The notes under the pieces are model-generated. The model was not told the origin of the DNA. It did not search any database and was given only the letters and a program-made list of their open reading frames with translations. Positions 49,092 to 62,959 of a stretch of 64,000 nt of DNA are shown in pieces. The translations under genes and the position numbers were made by a program. The stretch covers positions 1 through 64,000 of the forward strand of contig KZ538350.1 in assembly GCA_000934665.2 (NCBI GenBank). Reading direction: 5' to 3'. Every line of letters begins with the position of its first letter. The stretch's first letter is position 1. This DNA comes from Catajapyx aquilonaris. Its lineage: Eukaryota.

Positions 49092-50914
49092 CTGTGGGGG
49101 TAAAAGAACAATATCAGTCAAGCATCCAGGTGTCACATAACACCTGTAGCATATGTTTGGCACGTGTGCTTCAAATAGGTGACTTATTGCATGTAGATAT
49201 TCCTTATTGACCTCTATAAATCAGTTCTATTTCCATCTCAAACTTACATGCAAGTCCACTCTAAATGGGAAAGGGAAAAATAGCTTCAAGTGTGAGTAGA
49301 AACACTTGCAGCTTGACTGCACACCAAAGAGCTGCAGGAATTTAAAAATTGCAATGTGAAAATACTGCCCTTACCCAGAGTCAAAAAAATGCATGCATGC
49401 TGTTTCGCTCTACCAGGTGTAACATGGCCTGGTAAATACCTATAATTAAGATTATCCAGGCTCTAATCTACACTTTATTTTCTAGTAAATGCTACTGCAT
49501 GCTATTCTCCAACGCCACCTACACAATACGCTATCATTCATGAAACTGAAATGACCTCGTACTAGGTGAGATAAGTCCAGATTACACAAAGCAAACCAGA
49601 TATTATAAAGCGCCAGAATCATTTTCTTTCATAATGTTTTACGACCCAATAGAACTTATCACTCTGGCTGCCCAGTGCAAGATTAGTCCCAAGTAACTAA
49701 GCGAGATTAAACCATGTTACCGCAAAGGTGAAAAATAGGGGCACAGCCCTTGGGATCGGAAATGAGCTCTGAAACAATCCTGCTGGAACAAAAGGACAAT
49801 AGTCTGTCAGCGAAAGTTGGCCCCTTGGCTTATGCACTTCCTACACACTGATTTGGGAATTTGCCCGTTTGGTTTCCTTTATAAGAAGCATACCTTACCT
49901 ACTTCCACTGTAACAACTACGCCGCCCTTTACAAAAATGGCACATACTGACATGTCATGCCCATAACTAGTCACACCTTCCTCAAGTCAACATAAATCCA
50001 CTAGGAAAACGTGCACAAATTTTTAAAAAATTGTTGAATAGCATAACATTGCCTGCAGGAAAACCCCTTCCAAGGACATCCCGTGAATAATTTTTTGCCA
50101 AATCTACGCAATGGCAACTTCAAGAAAATCCACCCTACATGAACATTACCTCATTAGGGTAAACTCCCACACATCTGCATAGCCTGATAATATATGGCAC
50201 CACATGTCAACAATGAATCAGCATATGAATAATCAACACCTGAACCCATGTCACCTGTGTGCACAGGGTGGTTCACACCCCATGTCTACACCCCCAATTT
50301 ATTCATTAATTTTATTTGGTCAGTTTTGAATATGGGCTGTACACAATCCCCCNNNNNNNNNNNNNNNNNNNNNNNNNNNNNNNNNNNNNNNNNNNNNNNN
50401 NNNNNNNNNNNNNNNNNNNNNNNNNNNNNNNNNNNNNNNNNNNNNNNNNNNNNNNNNNNNNNNNNNNNNNNNNNNNNNNNNNNNNNNNNNNNNNNNNNNN
50501 NNNNNNNNNNNNNNNNNCCCCCCCCCCCCCCCCCCAAGGCCAATTCAATGCGACAAAACCTACCCACTACAATAAGCCGATTTCCTGTCTGGACCGTTCG
50601 CACCGTTGCCACCTAAGACTGGTTATGCAAGGTACGGCCATTTCCATCGTGAATTGATCCGTGGAGAAACAAAGGGTGTACGGCAGGGAGTGACAGCGCA
50701 TTTTATTCGCTGCAACCATTTATTCCTTCCGCATTGCGTCCCGTTGCCTACCCAATCGACAGCTGTCCGGATAACAAAAGAGCTAGTGATGACCACTGAC
50801 CCAATTCGAGAGAGTGGCTGCACATGCAATACATTCTTCGATTACACCGACAATGGTGGGGGCACGTGCGATTGACTGTGGCAACATCGAACACTCCCAC
50901 GTGCATGATGTTAT

Positions 50915-51379
50915 AGGGACACTCCACTCAAAATGCAAGTTGGGCTCTAAAAATCGGGCAAAAAATCCTGATTCCGAGGGTATAAGCAGTGTTTCTGAGA
51001 GACGAACGGTAAGGCCAGGGCGAGTCGTCAAAATTCGGCAATTCGTATCTGCCGCAAAACAGCAGCGCCTCCCCCGGGACTTGGCAGAAATTTGCATAAG
51101 GTCGCGCCATCTTTGGTCAGTGCCACAGCTTCATCCGGCCACCTCCCGACCCGACTTACGACCCTAAACCAGTTTCACCTAGTACCCGGTGGCGGCGCAC
51201 GCGGCGGTGGCGGACTGGACTGGAGGGGCACCTGGCTAGCAGACAACGCAAATTCTGAGACTTTAACGCCTCGTACTGGCTTTTCCGTTCCGCGTATAGA
51301 AAAACCGATTGCACCTTCGTAATCAGTATTTTTTGCCCCATTTTTAGAGCCCAACTTGCATTTTGAGTGGGCTGTCCCT
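50915..51379. mobile_element. Kolobok/T2-like MITE
   Basis: ttat|AGGGACACTCCACTCAAAATGCAAGTTGGGCTCTAAAAAT...ATTTTTAGAGCCCAACTTGCATTTTGAGTGGGCTGTCCCT|ttaa; ~65-bp TIRs. Confidence 0.7.
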
Positions 51380-54300
51380 TTAACGCCATCAGATCGTATC
51401 TGCATAATCGTCCAAATTATCCCACGTCAGCCATGTGAACTTACCCACATATATATTTTTTGCAACTTCCGGATATGAAACGTCAATGTTTGCAACACTA
51501 CCCATAGAAACAGTGGCAAGATGCCAGACCATGCTATTTACAGGTGGGCACTATTGACCTTTCATCCCTATCAACCGACAGAAGGGGTGGCCGATACCCT
51601 TGTGGACTTATTTACTCGGCTAGACGTTCCCAATCAAACTTCACCTGCCAGTCGATTACAAATCACGTGACACAATGTGACCCTGCATTAATTGGGGTGT
51701 GTCGGTGACTCTCTGCGGCTGGGTAACAGGTCAGGCGGTTCACGTCCGAAAAAGAACAGACAATGGGAACACTCTTGCGAAAACGATTATAAATAGTCCC
51801 ACCATCAATCTCCAGGCATGCAAATTATTAACCGGAGCAACGGCAATTTCTGGTCACCTGTCGCAATTAAAATAAAACCCCAGCTTGTAAGCCACTGATC
51901 TAGAAAACTGCTTTCTGGATTATTACACCTCCCCAAAAAAAACCATTAAAAAATGGTACCGTACGTAATTTGGGTCAAACAAAACACGCCCTCTTTACCA
52001 CGACCTTCACATATTCACCGCAAAAGCTTGACTCTCTTTGCTTTATAAAAAGAAAACTGCGGTCAGCACCCATCTTTGTTCCAGATTCTTTAAACAAACA
52101 GATAACTGATCCAGAATGACAATGCACATATCAGCAAATGTGGCGCACTTATCACTCCATATATCCACGCAGTTTATTCATAGCTTTTTTTTTTTCCTTG
52201 TTCATGTCCTTGGACATCCTAATACGAACGTCCCATGTTTACACTTTACATGTCACAGATGAGTCCTTTTCTATCCATGCCATTTCCTAGAAATGCTCCA
52301 ACATGTAACAAAAAAAAACTTTTTTAGTAAAATGGCAAAGGGGGAGGACCTAGAAAGTTGTACGAAACTTGTCGTTTCAGGCACCGATTTCGCAATTACT
52401 GGTGAAACACGTGTCGAACCAAGAGCTCTCACCTGCGAAAATTATGACAGGACTAATGACGTACGGTGTACAGCGAATATCTTGGTTGTATCCTGTATAC
52501 ATGTTTGATTTTGCGTCTACCTGGACAATTTTGAATCCTAATTCACATGCTAAGAAACAACCGAGTTTCACTTTTCCATCTAATATTCGGAACCAACTTC
52601 CACTATAAAAAATTACAGTGTAGTAATATCAATGTTAGAACATGACTTTCTGAACAAGCTAGATTGACATCCGAGTGTGAGAGTCGGAAACGCTTTTTTT
52701 TATTCCGCTTTACAACCTTCCCACTTTCCCACACGCCTGATTTAATAGAATGCATTCATACGTCATTTATTCCCAGGCGCCTGCATGAGCAATTACGTAT
52801 GCACCATGTGCATAATTATAATGCACTGTCAGCCTTAGATATGCATATGAGCAAGCACACTGGTCAAACGTCACAAAATGATATTTTAACATTTTTTAAA
52901 GAAAAACTACAGGGTGACAAAAATCATGTGACGTCACTCCATGATGAGACAGTAGAAATAATACTCCAGCCAGAAAAAAAACAAAATCCAGGTGCAAAAA
53001 GGATGGGGTGCGGGGGTAGTCTTACCTGACAGGATTCCGTGGGCAAGGTCATAGATTGACCAACGTTGCCAGAACACACTCGTGACTACGGTGTGAGGAC
53101 ATCTGGAGCTAGGTAACATCTTTAGAAAGTAGTTATGGGTGCCCAATGCACGACTTGGCCGTAAAAAGCTATTAGCACCCCCTGTGACTCTGGGAAACTC
53201 ATACTCGGATGTCGGATAGACTACCTATTATATTTCTGCTCAAAGATGTGCAGATACAGGTGTAAACGGTACCGCACATTTTTCACGGCCTCTAATGCGC
53301 AACAGACAATATACAGATAACTGTATGGCAATAAATGGTTATTTGTGCGAATAACCTCCGGCAGCCCATGACCAAAAGATAATTACAGATGTAATCAAAT
53401 ATGTCGTCACCTACCCGCTAGCACCTTATCTACCAGAACGGTTTCACCTTTGAGATAAATATGTAAAAAAAATATATAACGACACTACGTCAAAACCCTC
53501 TAGGCAGTTAACGGGTAATTCCACTGATAATTCGGTAAATAGCGTGTGTAACTGTTAACACTTTAAATGCACTTGCAACAATAGACATATGCGATGCATA
53601 CTTACGCAAATCCCCCAACAAAAAAAGTGACGTACCCTTCTCGTATATTTATAACTCCCAAGCCATACTATAAAAAAATAACGCAAATAGTTGCTGATTT
53701 CCACACAATTAATTACTAGATTTCCTGCATGCAACCGTACAGTCAGCAAATGGGATGGGAGAACCAGGCGTGTTACGCAACGCATTTTCCGTGCAACAGG
53801 TACTGTACGGCAGGCATGCACCACGATTTCGCAGCCGCCGGAGAAACAAGCTGGGGGGAAAAGACGAGGAAGAAGAAAAACACACATGCAGGAAATGTGG
53901 TGAGATAGGTATGAATAATGTCTCGTCAGAAAGCGCTCTGGACTTATCTCCCGAGATACGACCGGTTCCAGGATATAATTAATCACGATACCCTATTGTT
54001 GACGTGATGATTTATTTTTTTTTCTCCCTGGAAGGTAGTTCATGATGGACTGATATGTTGGAATGTTATGCCGAGTAACGCCCAAAAACCATGAACTTTC
54101 TGGTTCGGTCATGTGTATAACTTCCAACACTGATGTCCAAAAAAATATGGCAACCATGACGCCATTATTGGAAGGCCGTCTGCCGATGCTAGACATAAGT
54201 GTGCCAAACACCCATCCCCGCCACTTTTTTTTAAGCTCTTCACCAAACCGTTCATCTTCACCAATTAAACAACCTTGACCCGGCCATGACCCGCTCCTCC

Positions 54301-54546
54301 CCAAATCCTGACCTGTTTAACTGATAAAAAATTAGGCGAGGTCGTGTCAGGAATGCCTGCAAGACACCGTAACCCATGAAGAAGCTTCAGTCACGACCAA
54401 ATGAGACGCCGGTGTACGCTACGAGTGGTACGCACAAGTATGCCAGGTATACGGCAATCAGCCCGTAGGCAAAATAAATTGGTGTTGTCAATAACAATTG
54501 CAACAAAGGTGATGTCAATCCAAACTGGAATTGGAATATACCGTCG

Positions 54547-54806
54547 AGTGTTGGACATTAATCGTGTCATACTGCTTGCGACATTTCTGTTGCGGCATAA
54601 GTGCAAATCGAAGTGATGGAGTAAGAAGAGGTAGGCATTGTGTGACGTCACCGGCTGGGGGACAATGAAGAAAAGGCTTGTCCCCCAGCCAGTGACGTCA
54701 TCCAAGGGCTACCATTTCTTACTCGCACGGCTCGCACTTCTCTTTACACTTCTGCCGCATCGGATAATGTCGCTAGCAGTATGACGGAATTAATGTCCTA
54801 GCACTG
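54547..54806. mobile_element. MITE family A copy 9 (Sip1-like intron 2)
   Basis: AGTGTTGGACATTAATCGTGTC...GACGGAATTAATGTCCTAGCACTG|TA; two TGACGTCA. Confidence 0.85.
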
Positions 54807-56121
54807 TACAAGTAGTCTACGTTAGTACGGTCATGACCGATATAGGCCATATCACATGATATAATGTATTTGCAATATCTGATGCACGAAATTTTTTGAT
54901 ATTAATATTTACGCAACGTCAATTTGTGATGAGAAAATCATGATAGTACACTTGAGGACTGGAGTCAGATTTCACAATTTTGTTGCCTTTTCCCCCCTTG
55001 AAGCTGAAACTCTCCATTTACAACCAGCAATTCAAAACATACACCACATATACTTGAACTGGATTTTAGTCACGCCACTCAAGTCCCCCTAATTAGATTA
55101 CCCCCATTTATTTCCCATTGTCCGTCCTGCTGCATACGCACCCCCAAACGAGACCAATCGCACCGACTATCGCACATTCCTCCCCAACTATTCGCAATCC
55201 CCGACTAAGCTATCTTATCACCAGGAATGCACCACCACTTCACATTCTTCTCGCGCAATTAAACATCACCCAACCACCCACCGCACAATTTTTACCTCCA
55301 GCCCGTTACATGCCCCTGGAATGAAGTAACCTTTTTCTTAGCTTCGTGACTCTGATAATGATGATGGACGCCATCCAAAGAAAAAGTGATGGCGCGAATG
55401 GTGCTGAAAAAAAAAATGCCGATTCCATGAAAAGCGTGATTCATCCTCGATGGCCAAGGACACCATCCAACACCAGACAGAACAAGGGACGTAAGAATTG
55501 GGCTCCAGTCAACCGAGGATCCGCTCGGAAGGACTTTTCCAAATGACCCTTCCTGGGAAAAAATATTGCGTTTTTGTCCGTGAAATTCCGGCAAGGTCTT
55601 CCCAAGAGCCGGTTCTAAAGTTCTGGACGGGTGAATTACTTGGTATCGGGGGAAGTACTTTTTTTTCCATTTGAAGAAGAGCATTGCACACACAACTGGT
55701 TCTGCGAGCTGCCAGCAAAAGATGGGAGATAATCCATAGAAACACATGTACAGACGAAACAAAAATGCTCCAGTCTTTTTGCTCCTGCCTGTACCCACCT
55801 TCAAAAGATATTTATAATAATTTTTTTGCAGGGTTTTCGCGTCATTACAATTTCCCCACGACACCATGGTCACAAAAAAACATGCCTTTTTTGCTAGCCG
55901 CACTAAAGGTTTACTAGAATCGGATGCATGAGTTTGAATCAACAAGTGCCGTGTTTCTGGCACGGTATTCCAGTTTCACTTGTCTGATAGTGCCGAACAT
56001 TCCCTAAATTATATGAGTTTGCTACATACAACCATTATTAATACAGCGGATGAATTATTCATTTGTTTCCTTCCCTTATTACATCACAAAATTCCTGTAA
56101 AGGGTATAGTCAGCAATGACG

Positions 56122-56122
<1 letters not shown>

Positions 56123-56196
<74 letters not shown>
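56123..56196. repeat. (ATT)n microsatellite
   Basis: About 24 perfect ATT units. Confidence 0.95.
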
Positions 56197-56197
<1 letters not shown>

Positions 56198-58685
56198 GCA
56201 CGCCTGGTTACAAGGAAATTGGCCACTCTGATTCAAGACTTCCTTTACCGGGAATTATTCTGCGTTCGTGGTTACGCATTGCGTCCGCAAAAGGTCGCGT
56301 TGAATCCACCACAGTTCTAAAATGACCAATCTTAATTTAGTATGTAGCATGATGTTTTCAAAAAAGAAATCACCAGACCTGAGTCGCATTTTCCAGATTC
56401 TGAACTTTTTAAATGTTACCTGCCAAACACCGTAATCATCTCACACTGTGTGATCATAAAAATGACGTGATGCACACTATCCCGAGTTGACGTTATTATG
56501 TTTTGTTAATTCTAAATATGAAACGCCATCCCACCCCTTCAAACTTTCTCTTTACGTCACAAAGCGCATTAGAAACAGCCCATATCATTTACTGGGCGTA
56601 AATTACTACTCTTCTTCGACTAGTTCGACAGCCATAGTACTTTGACACATATTGTGCCTGGTGGCACCTGCCCGTTGACAACCTTCCTAGCAACAAGCAA
56701 ATATTTAATTGCCTCAGTACGCAACATATCGACGTCCCCTAAACATCCCATCTGTCAGCGACAGTCCCACACAGATAGCACCCTTATCAAGGACCCTGTA
56801 CCTTCCCCACTTCCTCCCCATAAGATAGAAAGCCCTGTACACACTCCCCTGAAACTTTTTCTCCTCCACCCCCCTGAAACCACCTTTCCTAATGCTCATA
56901 CATTACAGGTGAAAGGGGGTAATCCCCTTTCACTTTCGCCAGAACAAAACGGCGAAAAAAAAAATATTGGTAACAAAAAAATAATTCTTGGTAATCGCCA
57001 CTTTGTGACGTCACAAACCGCAAGTACCCTATGGGCGGATCCCCTCGTTAGCGGCTTAATTAAGGCGTCCAGATTATGCATTCTAGCACAGAATTTCGGC
57101 CAAAAAAGATGTGTTCCAGTCACGATCTGATCTGATCCACTTCCGGCCGCCATACCGCCTTGACCCTGGTATGCGTTCCAGAGAGAAACCCTTGTGCGTG
57201 AAAAGGTCGACAGGCCATATTTGGGACACTTTCTTATGCCCTCTCGGACTGTCGACGTCACATTCCAGGGGGGGGCGGATCAACAGGAAACCCATACCGG
57301 CAACATGACACCGCACAATTTGCACGCCGAGTTACATAAAACTCCGGTACACCTAGCCTTGATGCGTTTTTACCTCTCTGAAAAAATGCCGGTGTCCAAG
57401 GAAAAGCAATAAAGGGCTGATTGCACACATGTAAGTTGGTAGGCCTTCGCCGGGGCAGCCCTTGGCAAGGACAACTTCTTGCACATCCTCGTTACTATGT
57501 AGCCATGTGCCAGATCTATCATGGCCGGGTTCTATGCACACGTGCTGACCCGCATATTATATTCCACCGAGCATGCATCCGGATTTTGAGAGCAGGAGAC
57601 ACTGCCCCAGACAACGCGGTCAAGAGTCGCACAATTTTTTTTTTATTATTTCATACTAAACATGCATTCCGATAGCTCACATTCTTGTGACGTCACGTGG
57701 AATGACCACACTATCCTGGTGTAAAATGTTACGCAGTTCTGAGAAACAGAGCGTAAAAACCGCGCTAACTGCACCGTTTACAGGTAGCAACAACCGCACC
57801 ATAATTTAAAAAAAAAAAAAAACGATATATCGATATTCCTGGGTCACCTCCTTAGGCCACCAATTTGCTACCGTACTGACAATGTGGGCACAACATCGTA
57901 TGTGATGCCCAGCCCAGTACACGCATAGCTACGCTCCTTCCGAATACCTTCTCCCCAAATAGTAGGCCAAGTCAACGTCTCGTATCCCAAGCTAAGTGGG
58001 TTATGCTGCACACACGCGCGCAGGGCTGGGGAACAAAAGAGTTTTGTTCCCCGAAAATTCACACATTTTTATGTGTGTGACACTTAGGGAGTCCGCAGTG
58101 TCCTGGTAATAACGACTTTTTTTTTTTGTCAAAATATATATAAAAAATACCCTGCGTGACGAGCATGACATAACCAGTGCCAAGGACGCTTGTCATCCTT
58201 TGAGAGCTTTACATCCTATAAATCGCCTTGCTTCCTACTTCTTGTTATGCTCTGACCGTACCCAATTGCTCTTGTGTAACGTTGGCCCAACAGATCCTCC
58301 AAGGTTAATTCCGATTGATATTACGCCCCCGCTTTGGTGGACCTCATTGTTGGCGGCGGCTGACATTGTGATGGTGTTGTGTAATGGCACGAAGAATGGG
58401 GAATTGCAGGCTGAAATGGTTCCCATACTTAACGTAAAAGTTACCAGGCAGGGGTACACCCACATTTGCATCATTATGGTCATCATCGTATATGGATGAA
58501 AAACCGCGCACGAAGCGTTGGATATGTTGATCGCTATAATGATGCTTGTGTCTGCTGTCACACTGTCACAATACACTGGTTCGGGTAATAGTAGTGCAAT
58601 TCTAGCATCCCGACTTGGTTCAGAGACTCAAATGCGTAGTGTGCAGCCTGGTATGCCTGGTTAGGTAGCGAAATGGACAACTTAC

Positions 58686-58985
58686 ATGTGACGATGACAC
58701 TGAGCTTCTGTCTGAGGCTTGCGAGCGTCTGTCCTCTATATCATTGGTGTCGTGATGGCGGTTTCCGTTCATCTTGCTGGCAGAAACAGTAGTGTTGTTG
58801 GATGGAGGTGTTGTAGGTGGCGTAGGGTTAGATGCAGCCTGTCTGCTAGAAGGAGCTTTAACATACAGGACGGCAGCCATACTGCCCTTTATCACCACGT
58901 TGCGTTCTTTGTAGTAGGCATCTGTGTCGGCGTCTGCTACTAGAAGTTTCGTTTCGTCTGCCACTGCCTTGATGCGCTGCACCAC
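58686..58985 (-). CDS. Sip1: NHERF/Sip1-like, exon 2 (end of PDZ + linker)
   Basis: caacag|GTG...CAT|gtaag; VVQRIKAVADETKLLVAD completes the PDZ fold; 300 nt, phase 0/0. Confidence 0.9.
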
Positions 58986-61900
58986 CTGTTGTTTGCAGCA
59001 GAGAGAAAGTGGCAAATTAGCATCTCAGAAGCTGAGGAGACAACGTTTCTAATGGTCATTGTGGGGGTCCTATTACCAAGTTTTCTGTGGTTTGCATGTG
59101 TTACCATGAGGAAAACCACAAGCATTATTTGACATTATAGCATTAAAGCATACTACAACTGAGCTTCCTGCTTGCATTCAGTGTCACCAGTGGTGAAACA
59201 CAATAAATGTCAAATGAAAGCCTGGTAATGGATTCCGCTATGCAAGGAGAACAACATTAGCTGGAGGCTACAAAGTGAACAAGTTCTCTTTATAGCCTTT
59301 CAAGTTAAGAGCTAAATATATCAGTGTAATGAGCTAATAAATATATTACAGTAATGGAGAAGACCTGTTCCATTGCTTAGTGTACAGCTACTACAGTGTA
59401 AACAAAAGCTACCATTCAGTCTCACGGACATGGGCAAGTAATAAAATATACTTCCTTAATCCATTACTCCAGAAGTTGCAATATAAAGGATCCTAATAAT
59501 GGAACCTAGAATATATTCATTTTTTAAAAAGGTAAAAACATAAAGGAGCAGCAATCTGTTGATGAATATTGGCACACACAACGTCCTCCAACATTTATCA
59601 CTTCTGATAAAGATATCATCCAGGTCACCATAGGTAACCAAGGGAACGCCACTAGTGCAATGACATCACGGGTGTATAAATCACAAATAAGTACTTACAG
59701 GATAGCCGATTACTTTTCTTTCTCCCAAAATAGTGGCTAGTAAGTCAACAGCATATGCTACACCATGGGTTTGATGACCTGTGACAAAACAATCCACCCG
59801 GTTGTTACATTCAATCACAGATTTACATCATGCACAAAGTAGTAGCAAATGGGTGGTACTAATTATCACATATCCACTTTGTTCAATACTATTGTATATA
59901 TTTTTTCCATTGCATTCCATGGCCAGAATGCCATAACTACTGACATAAACATTTTAGTACACACACTACAGCCACAATAGCACTCACAAACTATTTAACG
60001 TCTTGTTAAGAACTGAGGCAATACCAATCTGCATAAGGGTGTGGGGTAACTTCCAAGGAGAAAAATGCGAAAAATGGCAAGCATGTCACGGCTCTGACCA
60101 CATACAGGATATGCCTACTAGGTAATATGATGCTCTGACATTAATTACATGTTTGCAGAGGATTCTGCTTGCAATGAATACAATACAAATCTATATCCAT
60201 AAATGGTCACTCAGTACAATGACCCACGTCACATACATATGCACATCCTCTTCAAAGACTGCACCTGCAGTTGCAGCATCTATGACACATTTCCTTGCTC
60301 TATGATTCGTAATACTGCAGGTGTGCCTCTTGGCAACAAAAGAACCGCCTTAATAAGCCAAAATAATGCCTGCTGAAAAATCAGAATAGTCATCCTTAGC
60401 TTTTTATGGGATAAAAGTTGCAATTATTCTAGGGGGAACCTACAAGCTGCCCAGGTTTGTCCGAAACCTGTCAAGGCCACAGAAAAGAATACGCCGGGGA
60501 ATAGCAGCAGGGTTTTTCCTCTGTACAGGTGCACGCCAATTACTACCAAGATTACTACCCCTGAATTGTCGGTGGTCAGCCCAGTTTAGAGAGAAGGAAC
60601 CCTTAATGATACTCCAGCACGATTTCATATGGTCTGTATCAGCTTAGAAGCCCATTGCAAAATGGCTGGAGGAAATATATATCATTTGTGCGTGCAATTT
60701 TATCACATACCCTGACTCTTTGGTGGTAGTGTGCTACATTGCTCCCTTCAAGGTTGTACACCTAGTAAACCGAACAAGAATGACTTTGTCAATCATTGTC
60801 AGGACTCTGATAAATTAACACCAATGACATCAAATTTCTGCCCACAGTATACAATTCCTGAACTGGTGGGTAGTCACTGACTATTTCATTCTTTGTCACT
60901 TCTCATTTACAAAAGCCATTTTAGTCTCTGAGATTGTAATTTGCTCAAGTTTAACCATCACTTGAACCCAGCAATGAAAATAAACAATAATTTATCATTC
61001 ATAAGCACAAATTGAAAGACCGCTCCAGAAAGACTACTAAAATAATGAGCAAGTCCTATATAGTTTTCTGTCTGACCCCCGCTGGTTTTGTCATTGTGTG
61101 AATGAGGAGGCTAAACTGCAGTGATTAATAATTAGAAAACAAGCACGTCTGGGATTGCAGATGCACTAATTACCCCCCACTAGCGCACACCACTTAATGT
61201 TATTGCACTGGGATTGTTCCATGTACAAGCACAACTTTAATGAGTTGTAATAAGCCATTAATATCCCTGTATGATGCAAGCCATTACAATAACCCTTACA
61301 TAAAAGTTACTGAATGATGTAACAGAAGTTCTGCCTTCGCAAGCGATCATAAGGAATCAATAGGAATATTGGTGTAAATGACATGATGCACTGTCTTCAG
61401 GTAATATATTTATGCACGCACTAACATTCATGGTCTGTCGTAACAGGAAATGTCACATGGTCAGGATATTTTTCTATGTAAAACAGCTCCACGTTTTTTC
61501 TCATAAGTTGCTCTTGTTTACATATCACTCTACTGGTAATGGAAGGGGGTTAATATCATATTTCAATATGGTTCGAACTGCATGACTTGGTACCAATTGA
61601 AGCCTTTTAATTGCATGCACTTCAAAAAAAGCGCTTGTGGTTCCAGTAACTGGTCATAACAATGGCTTCACCCTTGACTTGTTATTAATCCAGTGGTTTT
61701 ATAAAAGTACAACAAAGTTAGCATCCTGCACCCTAGCACTGGACTAAACCACAGTGTCAGTACGTACTGCCTTACCCAGCAACTTATTAATTGGCCTTGG
61801 GCCACTTGCCATCTAGTCCATTCAACAATATCAGCTGTCATAATTTTTGTGGGTCTAAGCTTGTTCTCTGACTTACTTTATCTATATGGTCATATTTATA

Positions 61901-62598
61901 GAGCCATTCAGAAGTGGAACAGTTGTGTAGCTATACTATTACGGCATTCTGAAATACCTTTAGTGCCTCTACTAGAAATTTGGGATAAAGGCCCATTTAC
62001 GCAAGATTGTCCTTATGCTGTTGTTATCGACTAAACAACACTCCCTGTGATTGTTGTATACACAGGCCACTGTTGCCACACCATCAATCAAGAGTCACGC
62101 TGATTCATCACAGCTGCATATGAACAGCCTCAAATGGGCCCTAAATCATTGCAGCAACTTACATAAGGTAAACAGTCTTTACACATGCAACCCATGTACA
62201 CTACAGGAGTATTCTGAGTTTAAAAAATACTTCCACGCTGGGAGTAAAAACGTGCTTGGCACAAACAAGGTTTCTGCAATCAGCAAATGTGTACTTTATA
62301 CTGAAAGGTTCAAATGTAGCATCCAGCTCAACATTGCACGAAGCTGTACTTTTCTGAACCCAACATCCAGCAGCTGTCTTTTCTTCCTTCCCATGCGATC
62401 ATACAATTCTCCCTCCCTCTTTTTTTCAAAGGGCATGATTTCCACATAGGCTACCTTGCACAATGCCTTCTTGTACACACATTCATACTTTACCACACCT
62501 TGTGCGGTGACGTGTGCACCCCCCTTAGGCCTCTAGCTGCAAGGCATGGCATGCCACATCCAAATATCCCTCCCATATGGAGTCCAACCCCCTCTCAC

Positions 62599-62832
62599 CT
62601 GCTTGTGGTTCTCGTTGTTGATGTTGACTCCATTGACCTCCACGATCCTGTCCCCGGTCTTCAGCCCCGCGGCCTCAGCCGGCGACCCCTCGTCCACCTT
62701 CCCGATGTACTGTCCCGGCTTGGACTTTTCGGCGTGCAGGTTGAACCCGTACCCGTCAAAGTCTGCCCACTTGATCAGGTGGGATAGTCGTGGGCGCGGG
62801 GGCATGTCTCCCTCTGGGTCGTGCTCGCCCAT
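62599..62832 (-). CDS. Sip1: NHERF/EBP50 (SLC9A3R1/2 family; Drosophila Sip1-like) PDZ scaffold, exon 1
   Basis: [78 protein letters not shown]|gtgag; the GYGF PDZ motif is typical of NHERF. Confidence 0.92.
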
Positions 62833-62959
62833 GCTTAGGCACCACCAGCCAAGCCTCTGCTGCACTCACTCTCACCACACGATGCCACCACGGCAACTAC
62901 AACAGTACTACACAGACACCTGTCGGGCAGGCTGCTCCGAGGCCAACTGACTCCAGCGC

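Noticed and set aside
1769..54806. Repeated palindromic units as a CRISPR array or REP-like system
   Set aside because: Dispersed, 180-280 bp, TA-flanked, in a spliced eukaryotic context; no repeat-spacer periodicity and no cas genes.
55292..55963. Longest ORF in the track (223 aa, - strand)
   Set aside because: GTG start, no domain similarity, intronic low-complexity composition; treated as chance.
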